From an uncultured Planctomycetia bacterium (lineage in GTDB: Bacteria > Omnitrophota > Gorgyraeia > Tantalellales > Tantalellaceae): DNA of 64,000 bases. The stretch's first letter is position 1. Each line of letters starts with the position of its first letter. The notes under the pieces were generated by a model. The model made no database searches and was not told the origin of the DNA. It was given only the letters and a program-made list of their open reading frames with translations. Below, piece by piece: positions 61,001-64,000 of the stretch. Made by a program: the position numbers and the translations under genes. The DNA is taken from assembly GCA_964527765.1 (NCBI GenBank), contig CAZGQR010000009.1, positions 4,579 through 68,578 on the forward strand. Reading direction: 5' to 3'.

Positions 61001-63971
61001 CGGCGGACAGCCTTTCAAGTATGACCCTTGCCCCCCCGTACATCCCGGGCGGCCCCCTGCGATACCTTTCGGCCAGTTCATATATGAACGGTTTTTTCTC
61101 TTTGTCGACATGCAGTATGCCGAGGCTGGCCATGCCTTCCAGCTCAGACGATATGGTGCTGTATGAAAAGCTCTTTTCACCGCTCTTCTTCCTCCTGTCC
61201 TGGAATTCCTTTCTGGTAAAAGGACTGTTCCTTAAGGAGCCTTCCCTTAACAGGGTATCAAACCCTTCCAGTATGGAACCGCGCGGCCGGAGCCCTCTCC
61301 TGCCCTTGAACATCTCTCCGATCTGCGGCAAAGGAGGCGCCCGGGGAATGGGCACAGGCTCGGCCTCCGCTTCTTCCTTTCGGGACCTTCGCCTCATGAT
61401 CAATATCGCGGAAAGCAGCAGGACCAGCGGCACCAGGTTCCCTATATCGAAATCCGTGTTTTCCGTCGTGAAGGCGCAGCAGCATCCGCGTTTTTCTTTT
61501 TTCTCCTTGTCAAAAAGGTACCACTGGTAGGGCGACCAGCCCGCGGAGATCGTCACTGACTCCGAATAATCGCTGTCCTTCTGGCCGTCCGGCATTTCCG
61601 TGCGAATGCTCAGATCATAATCACCCGAATGCATGTGATCGGGCAGATCGACCGCATACGAGGATGTCCCTGCCCCGGGAACAAAAAATGTATCCGTGCC
61701 TATCCGTATCGTGTAACCGGTGACCGATCCCTGCAGGGCGCCGGTGTACGGCACCCAGTCCACGGTGAACGTCCTGCCGCCGGCGGCGATCACGTCTATG
61801 ATCTCGGGCGCGAACGGTTTGACTTCCGCCGACATGTTCCAGTGCTGTATGGTATCCGCCTGGGGATCGGTTATCGTGAATCCCGTATCGTCCTGCCAGA
61901 AAAGCGCTCCTTCCGCACCGGCATTGTACACCGAATCCATTTTTACGGAAATATTCGTCGGCTCGAGCTCGGTAAAAGAGAACGGCCCGTCCAGCCCGCT
62001 GGGAGGCTGAAGAGCCCCCATGTAATCATAATAATGGATCCCGTACTTATCCAGGCCGAGAGCGTTCCAGTTCAGCACCGTGTCCTTGTTCTGGGCCCCG
62101 ACCGTGACCACCGAACCCGGGTCCTGAATATGGATCATGTCGGCAAGATCCGCCACGAAAGACTGTACCTCCGGGAGGGTGGCGGTCGCCGCCCACACGA
62201 TCTCTATCGGTTCGTTTATGATGTCCCACTCGACGATCTCGCGCCGGAGCGAATACTGATTTACGAACTGCGCCATCAGATTTATCAAGGCGGCCTTTTT
62301 CACGGGATCGGTTATGAGTTCAGGGTATTCGCCCACGGGATTCGGCCCTTCCATGTCCACGCCGTCGGCCAGCGTGTAGTCGAACAGGGTGGGAATGAGT
62401 TTTATGCCCAGGGCGTTCGCGGCGTCCATGAGCGCGTCCATATCCTCATACACGTGGGCGGAAAAGGATATGGGGGCGCCGCCGCCGTCAAAGACGACAC
62501 CGGACCTTAAGTCACAGAAAAGAAATACCCGCAGATAGCCGCCCTTCCACCGGTTAAGTTCCTGGTAAAGCGCGCTCTTTTTCGTCGCTATGCCTTCGTA
62601 CGGCTCGCCGTTCACGCCGTCTCCTATATCATATCCGTATTTTTCCCAATAATTCGCGCCGCGGGCGAACGTCCAGCCCGGCGTCCACTCCTCGATGATC
62701 TCCTGGACCGGATCGACCTTTTCCACGCTGCCGTCGGGGTAATACGTTATAAACTCGGTAAGGTTCCAGGAGCCGTCATACGCGAAAGTCCAGATCGTCC
62801 CGTCCGTGTCATGCCTGCTGTTTATGTATTCATCGATCCCGTCCAGACAAAAGGAAGCCACCGTGCCGTCATCATACGTCCTGGTAAGGTAATTCGCGTC
62901 TATTGCCTCTTCTGATGCCATGGTAGAGGTGATCGGTGTATATTTTCCCGTACCGGCCGTGGCCGCGATCGGCGCCAAAAGCAGGAAGAAACAAAGCGTT
63001 AAAATGACGAATATCCTTGCCATCCAGCTGACCATCCCGAACACAAAGGGCAGCAGGAATGAATAAAACGTTCTGCCGTTTTCGGGAAGCAGGATTTCGG
63101 CTTTTTTTATCGCCTCATCCAGCGGCACCGGATGAACGACCCCCCTTCGTTTGATCTGTTTCCTCATTTCTTTAAGCAGCTTCAATATGTCCTCCGCTGC
63201 TTCTTTTTGCCCGACACTGCGGTTGAACTGGCCGGCATGCTCCCTGGCAAGGTCCATGCCCTCCGCTCCGGACGGATCCAGCACCAGCAGTTCGCTCAGG
63301 TTCTGCATCGCCCGCGGGAGCATGATCTTCGGATATTTGTCTTTAAGGGTGGAAATGATGACCGCCAGGATAAATCTTCCCATGACCGACCGCGCTTTAC
63401 CGTCAAACTTCCCGGGCAACCCTTGTTTTATGAATCCCTGCAAGCCGACGTAAAAATCGGCTGTTCTTTCTTCCTCCCAGGAATAGGTCAGCGACTTGGG
63501 AAACACATGGGCCGGGATCCTCCACACCGATAATTCCCTGAATATCCTGCTGTAGACATCCTGCTGGCCCTTATCGTCAAGATCGTCAAGCGCGAAATCT
63601 TTCCTGCTTGCGATGGTTTCTGCAAGCAGGGGCTGGATCTTTTTAAACGTGTCTTCGTCAAGAAACCCGCGGAATTTCATGATCTTCAGCCAGCCTTTGA
63701 CATCCGCTTCATTGTGTATGATAATTGTCCGCGGATATAAGCGGCGTTCGGTGAGGGCGCAGAACGCGTCGGCCACCGAAAAAAGATTCACTCTTATGCC
63801 AAGTTGCCGGTTAACTTTTTTGAGGGTCTCTCTTAATCTGGGTTCATGATTCACGGCTATGGTCAGGATGGCTTCCGGCGGCAGCCGAATACCGCTTTTC
63901 TTAAGGACCGCAAGCGAATCCCCGGTATGGTCATGGATCCTTTTCTTCTCGTTATCCGTCATCTGCGCCAA
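49020..63971 (-). CDS. giant multidomain membrane-anchored protein, 4983 aa: TM-flanked extracytoplasmic GH-A-like domain plus ~4100-aa cytoplasmic region with GNAT-, GHKL-ATPase-, SAM-MTase- and two kinase-like domains
   Basis: Single uninterrupted 14.9-kb reading frame. Codon usage and GC are continuous with neighbours. The domain motifs are detailed in the sub-features. No in-frame stop between 63971 and the window end, so the 5' end may lie outside the window. Codon 1 as reported appears to be TTG. An ATG (M4, ~63960-63962) has AGGA 11 nt upstream. Confidence 0.85.
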   Translation of the reverse strand: MAQMTDNEKKRIHDHTGDSLAVLKKSGIRLPPEAILTIAVNHEPRLRETLKKVNRQLGIRVNLFSVADAFCALTERRLYPRTIIIHNEADVKGWLKIMKFRGFLDEDTFKKIQPLLAETIASRKDFALDDLDDKGQQDVYSRIFRELSVWRIPAHVFPKSLTYSWEEERTADFYVGLQGFIKQGLPGKFDGKARSVMGRFILAVIISTLKDKYPKIMLPRAMQNLSELLVLDPSGAEGMDLAREHAGQFNRSVGQKEAAEDILKLLKEMRKQIKRRGVVHPVPLDEAIKKAEILLPENGRTFYSFLLPFVFGMVSWMARIFVILTLCFFLLLAPIAATAGTGKYTPITSTMASEEAIDANYLTRTYDDGTVASFCLDGIDEYINSRHDTDGTIWTFAYDGSWNLTEFITYYPDGSVEKVDPVQEIIEEWTPGWTFARGANYWEKYGYDIGDGVNGEPYEGIATKKSALYQELNRWKGGYLRVFLFCDLRSGVVFDGGGAPISFSAHVYEDMDALMDAANALGIKLIPTLFDYTLADGVDMEGPNPVGEYPELITDPVKKAALINLMAQFVNQYSLRREIVEWDIINEPIEIVWAATATLPEVQSFVADLADMIHIQDPGSVVTVGAQNKDTVLNWNALGLDKYGIHYYDYMGALQPPSGLDGPFSFTELEPTNISVKMDSVYNAGAEGALFWQDDTGFTITDPQADTIQHWNMSAEVKPFAPEIIDVIAAGGRTFTVDWVPYTGALQGSVTGYTIRIGTDTFFVPGAGTSSYAVDLPDHMHSGDYDLSIRTEMPDGQKDSDYSESVTISAGWSPYQWYLFDKEKKEKRGCCCAFTTENTDFDIGNLVPLVLLLSAILIMRRRSRKEEAEAEPVPIPRAPPLPQIGEMFKGRRGLRPRGSILEGFDTLLREGSLRNSPFTRKEFQDRRKKSGEKSFSYSTISSELEGMASLGILHVDKEKKPFIYELAERYRRGPPGMYGGARVILERLSAGPDYDQLERARILLDIEAEKDVLFYYLRRIPEINLELIRLSSERAGLSIRWIFGAPEEEREEKLRVCLGRLEKLREEMHGELFRLEDPSYPLSITGGRNYREEIREKIGRAIELVDIKNESAACASLCAASRLLAEELALASRARKRRMRPRTWFDASAGMYKVLKGKYAKHAISGEREAYVREVTEHASKLTWQAIRTCDRETDSILEEMDWVRRTVSAARGSIKALEETKEAVGRRKGWKRAAGAEEIERKEQIVELLGGLESSLKRAKVREKAIAFKASGFVRELLEIEEYGSALEILRVIASLLEVRQEALESQIDRILTGRLSELRYRIHHRNSFNIWKADRILEFLERGKNDTALGWIQGMTRDRSLKEPEFYRMNNLLQGARQELEKWQKGGEWDKNLPRKYIKAARERLRLTELLNSFMEILRDQYIDARLKGEPAECMDRLFVENFNLYLQFARKNNIGRGSPRLLWTLFYHAAFVSMQMPDPRKRSRKIPNPLFEAFQVLIRALEVDSIPSLAGSFEKMSVKYGNLYKTLRSLGDSGSESLESLNKWEYAELLRALSLDFGLNEEQERELLKAAAIPSETENLTDISRLEIYWHQMWKNYTENVRRNRISRFDLESFVDLVKLAYYPRKWPGEFKERWEEPFVREISSLSAAELAERFLKYFQEGSRRYKDLRNMKSFSSGEADLSDIYGNLLGPLKIGVNAEAVREAKEAIWILREWIYRHWDDTPKEMSCDVMTRSGKKDKGEERSSRPPRMVKKGKGNLWGVFTKKLVDAGLCREEEAREIIRFGIFRIIKGETPRVLEQPRQVMEIYRQSLSETLGRNISRSEIQTYGYFHEKVHELITDDHVKALLGRLRGRLGQEKFARFMRLYQDQHGGYGTEEEFVEELAADYYSEKVIGNPVRLYDSGNKERVSLNRFDRKVYADIEEALEDIAGEIGKQWAQCRDNLVIYEFNEWAKTVPDETRSMRLVREHLMKLLSVNKEKYDMVPFTPARFDHIFRRTIGGILAADQKKEKDFLFLFMLTLQFPFRDAVNYLERAYPSEYKHFIKYAHTRSVDEKDGKTYPEQVMLFMEAHKRTVPEQIISDTSHLFRNSVVSVEGLIRSNIKHLVRQHKDDISRESHTEFGQNSAGHIAEARYSISKMEGNMARLTVEDVRSFLKEMNGIKNALAKDIEVLDGMISELNVPEDQKEPYYEANKRAKDDLHSLETIMTILREEMDFEGDTVTLEHVSGILRQLVVSQRLDKAFVYPRISWLGGLDPVSGARIDCETNSRSEITLRVYLGEVEEFYPVPEKTRDDFEKNRNFAEKCLEARLKINTFDENGKFVGTEYIPMDYKAVGGLHHHDYVFGGVFEPKRPGRYLVTAEARVTGYRYKDAKGRLRYGKFSDEESLWRPSINSNRSGDNPFGDIVFTVRAAEDQTRMLPAFALAGIGALSIWGILGLAGIVIGSLLISHFLKTPSGEQPAEKPRELPRAGMEKLKKEFIGSFAGKKEITWDHKGHRVTATVEYDDIFKVFVVEPEVSYRDSHPELDVLDMPVAQAFIGPEGSFGQIEAEVKLIGGKPAILFNEVHPSRGYRKLKPSHVRDVYRAWAENAIKEIISAAKKAGIGSFYASGKERIRRRYKRQKITIPEVNLWENYEFPFKGKGWKPVSIDLADEKQAELWELEWAGHDPAGHPGTDKTKEPKAAAPIGGGLDAKQLGEFAGIATPEGLIKYLTSTGLFYQVDIIREALKRRPQKLAEFEELLARQDVGGLTRHPAAERKELIGGPFRTGDTRYYVEEVSDPVKIKETLDAWFAPGKERYFERRNWEGAMDGKMHSPGFLAKLQSEKGELLGMAYYYKGPFMFPEEGAQELYARDVYIGEYMEISEEYRERGLGKVLIAKAVERGLNDPDTKGSAEGIFAGHPAEDSEYAEEGKQAKDFFEKLGFREIYYPSTEDLPEDERQKCRFVAISEYMAKDLLDKVRMSVEKKAPAYEQLTLFPLPEPQPRPILQQGVLFSAVSADGQRVLPPLDPLKQAIRETTGASEIVKIDISSTDEIINAIKNGKIVSLDLKALSKVKNKYEELKGLLIDLAWGMSGAFGREDMRSAVREVLQNAFVHGNRMDLERPIFIYLELSPHGSAKVMDVYDTASKEGVDTGKTIGAHNAQLYGYGAGEKAVRALDGVAYYGRQEIYGKNHRNIVGTRTSIEFEPVPGLPAARSAENTERFAARAREIYMQKDPKFVEMIERTGFDFFKIAGKLLLSLNTAKDLNLAYELLVEEYEELDQPYMFDGFRRFTAFTGTMHADPEAKEFVALLGRLLALINIEYAREIGQLNRIIAGHENPDAEANKKPFYDLASGTNPFYYFLNFSKDRKYVFVDKNPFVIAYLNQVKEALLETDDGMEVLEQDILDLDLAPGSVGTLRLCNVAVYVDVKDIPDAWYEKLGEWMAPGGQIIIEFPPSSKAYRKNRPIIRKLSKKLVKKGGWSLKWGHFDGKDFVENEPGFEEIPGLINVNTAYVFTKPPRATASSARETAVTDAKIAALEIHPEIPGRTIAGVEDALGPVDHRCIVTRPSDAYAPDPERLASKYGIGETQINKGDLEAEWVETVLKNDDIVFVITGGAWGACHRHSFDSIITLIDSEKRSRDRTVRADFYFPLKYIYRFDKKDDYELFPERRLASGELEHLEIYTSYLKACGIPYSAYLYGKELDSNCDYRDPQIRIFITDELPARSGITARPPIAESPEDKSPPMGGGLDAEHLKGFAGKATAQELVEYLVRTGLLSQADVIRKALAKDPKKLAEFEKLFARQRGESTGALEPDGVEVSPLFPVVDRKPDVFIAPVMGNLFVEGDRPTLAGRVVRYMYNFLIERRREKSEPSRERAMKILEEGRAVRQGFREILLEKFGIEVRFRHINAESDYHYNGDTRNASGFMLFYNKSTGKYRDPGAEEVRAYITFKPDRAPEIHAHFIDLTQELIKKKIDFSAKAASPNGVYERLDNMIFYIASYHQKRAARIIRRYLKRHDIAGGALPATDADPKVKGLSWARDPSRKESEIWRKISGSSKKASYNMMIAAYAAADYLEKLAFRQDELGDADAAREFRAEALRVRAILTGKEAAQPKMMSARLPLRPEVRIDDDLLWGGLRETIWPLGTRRLKAALKRALSEILEDVKQQVSPTSRNFIIRGIRYIESGDYKDVFRVEAEVDDGRRIKFGCRLIDEENYEDIMTAQEKVGREIDWFKQLRALNGVAIFIKKSYYIEDDFSRRLSRDLDKQDIYGLTIGEFADGVSIDRIDDPAEKEKAYREAIETIIRAWLLTAEKDESGEAVGFYIRDMKGQNLVLQHSDAHLSPVVYVDLGLGTKGAMVWVLGGIREMLKFELGITSGSSKEIEFLRVIPRTIDEFLAREANIDDKRRELILDIFREIEESISIMEKHLNDTELFGETEPGLPMFGEEEWRELLGTEDAGAAGDAEFGFAAASDAAEELLKQLERDPRLKQLVDRSILGVSEEEHDEEKYDYMASGYVSDIFQDMSDPDVFYKVSRMDEDEQGIRYNNEVNIKEAQALVELDKLGVREGIPRLITLGTTPNGAFWMKLKGMEEGEDLAAGRWQELGPLEKIDVFIRVAEILHRMHEAGWTHNDVAPDNILFNRGGQVMLIDFGLARPEGERVGGGHDRFSTGDKDACPQRDIYGLGRTIEHLFIEDERRDSGVSGHDITVSGLGLLVMGMTAGDTDRRTPDNMKDVMDELDKVRSFFKARLAADGDASRVKPAEDMEILPEKRIMRRMETVLPELVNGLITACHRREKIVLAVDEELAGGEIREQLGRLIGALKDRAGGNDQLAYFLKNIVIRYGNGKNLAAGLESVVQNGDGSVRRENVMIVTSSENREKYFKGFEGSSTITEITDNGLTSEHYYPLMEVVLFTLFRALARMGEHGDEGWVEYWREKFISCYRTIDNAADLDEDAIWEMCWDRTAECYRTTVIIRLIPGAVKVPDRGVYKKIEELIASAA
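49751..50471 (-). other. giant ORF: Hanks-type (eukaryotic-like) Ser/Thr protein kinase-like domain 2 (aa ~4500-4740)
   Basis: FWMKLKG (beta3 Lys), catalytic loop WTHNDVAPDNILF (nt ~50106-50135), DFG as MLIDFGLARPEG (nt 50068-50076), subdomain IX-like DIYGLGRTIEHLF. Confidence 0.6.
50771..51371 (-). other. giant ORF: degenerate protein-kinase-like domain 1 (aa ~4200-4400)
   Basis: Catalytic-loop-like FYIRDMKGQNLVL (nt ~51030-51050, RD-K-x-x-N retained, His lost) and DFG-position VVYVDLGLG. Confidence 0.4.
52620..52795 (-). repeat. giant ORF: internal module copy B (aa ~3725-3783), PMGGGLDAEHLKGFAGKATAQELVEYLVRTGLLSQADVIRKALAKDPKKLAEFEKLFARQ
   Basis: Paralogous to copy A. Shared nucleotide strings include ggctggatgc, ttcgccgg and aaaaactggcggagttcga. 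Confidence 0.7.
53561..53951 (-). other. giant ORF: class I SAM-dependent methyltransferase-like domain (aa ~3340-3470)
   Basis: Motif I-like ILDLDLAPGSVGTL (nt ~53780-53820) and post-I/motif II-like WMAPGGQIIIEFPP (nt ~53664-53699) at typical spacing. Confidence 0.45.
54401..54821 (-). other. giant ORF: GHKL/HATPase_c-like domain resembling RsbW/SpoIIAB-type serine-kinase anti-sigma factors (aa ~3050-3190)
   Basis: N-box AVREVLQNAFVHGN (nt ~54672-54710), downstream Gly-rich boxes DTGKTIG and GYGAGEKAVRAL. Confidence 0.5.
55211..55631 (-). other. giant ORF: GNAT-like N-acetyltransferase domain (aa ~2780-2920)
   Basis: Motif A-like RERGLGKVLIAKAVERG (nt ~55325-55375), with beta-strand pattern GELLGMAYYY...VYIGEYMEISEEY upstream and DFFEKLGFREI downstream. 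Confidence 0.5.
55745..55915 (-). repeat. giant ORF: internal module copy A (aa ~2685-2742), PIGGGLDAKQLGEFAGIATPEGLIKYLTSTGLFYQVDIIREALKRRPQKLAEFEELLARQ
   Basis: ~50% aa identity, and visible DNA-level similarity, to copy B at 52620-52795. Confidence 0.7.
56610..56715 (-). other. giant ORF: third 35-aa hydrophobic segment (aa ~2419-2454), possible re-entrant/hairpin membrane anchor
   Basis: MLPAFALAGIGALSIWGILGLAGIVIGSLLISHFL. Gly-rich centre. Topological consequence uncertain. Confidence 0.4.
61393..61436 (-). other. giant ORF: predicted transmembrane segment 2 (aa ~846-859) followed by RRRSRK
   Basis: NLVPLVLLLSAILIM then RRRSRKEEAEAE (positive-inside), returning the chain to the cytoplasm. 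Confidence 0.6.
61437..62960 (-). other. giant ORF: predicted extracytoplasmic domain (aa ~338-845) with clan GH-A (GH5-like) glycoside-hydrolase signatures and a C-terminal FN3/Ig-like module
   Basis: EWDIINEPIE (NEP acid/base motif, nt ~62209-62217). ~80 aa downstream FTELEP (candidate nucleophile Glu). Aromatic-rich beta/alpha pattern. Then a beta-rich segment (TFTVDWVPYTGALQGSVTGYTIRIG...YDLSIR) and CCC just before TM2. Confidence 0.5.
62961..63068 (-). other. giant ORF: predicted transmembrane segment 1 (aa ~302-337)
   Basis: FYSFLLPFVFGMVSWMARIFVILTLCFFLLLAPIAATAG. The long hydrophobic stretch is preceded by a charged cytoplasmic-looking region. Confidence 0.6.
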
Positions 63972-63974
63972 ATT

Positions 63975-63999
63975 CCTGGCGCTATAGTGAAGCGCCAGG
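63975..63999 (-). other. perfect 9-bp stem / 7-nt loop hairpin (cctggcgct-atagtga-agcgccagg) immediately 5' of the giant-ORF reported start
   Basis: Seen directly. Could be a terminator of an upstream gene, a 5'-UTR structure, or coding if the ORF continues upstream. Confidence 0.4.
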
Positions 64000-64000
64000 T

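Overview
The 64 kb window is a GC-rich (~55-60%) bacterial chromosomal segment in which every supportable gene, and the single tRNA, lies on the minus strand. I count about 50 co-directional genes. Many are translationally coupled through 4-nt ATGA-type start/stop overlaps. Read 5'->3' on the minus strand, the order is: a giant 4983-aa ORF (49020..63971, possibly 5'-incomplete); cinA(PncC-domain)-thpR-recA-alaS; hisDBHAFI abutting trpEGDCFBA; ruvX; an M16 peptidase; an M50/CBS protease; rpe; a PGM/PMM-family mutase; lepA-lepB-pgsA-der-plsY; an ~0.8 kb AT-richer island carrying an orphan 116-aa gene with its own promoter, RBS and terminator; gpsA; tRNA-Pro(GGG); hom-thrC-(ApgM-like, probable ThrB analog)-lysC-cimA-valS-rluB-nadC-uvrB; a SemiSWEET; an SDR epimerase; rnz-queH-tilS-ftsH-folP-cdaA-cdaR (partial). 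Nothing on the plus strand is credible. The long plus-strand ORFs are antisense shadows of real genes in GC-rich DNA. The most interesting object is the giant ORF. Its predicted topology is an N-terminal cytoplasmic region, TM1, an ~500-aa extracytoplasmic clan GH-A (GH5-like) glycosidase-type domain with an FN3-like module, TM2, and then ~4100 aa of mostly helical cytoplasmic sequence. That cytoplasmic part carries a GNAT-like domain, an RsbW/SpoIIAB-type GHKL ATPase-like domain, a class-I SAM-methyltransferase-like domain, an internally duplicated ~58-aa module, and two C-terminal Hanks-type kinase-like domains, the first of them degenerate. This domain combination in one membrane-anchored megaprotein is the candidate undescribed system. 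Other notable elements are a ~164-bp long imperfect inverted-repeat element upstream of lepA, a perfect tandem 23-nt direct repeat next to a probable leaderless cinA promoter, and an archaeal-type phosphoglycerate-mutase homolog sitting in the homoserine-kinase position of the threonine operon.
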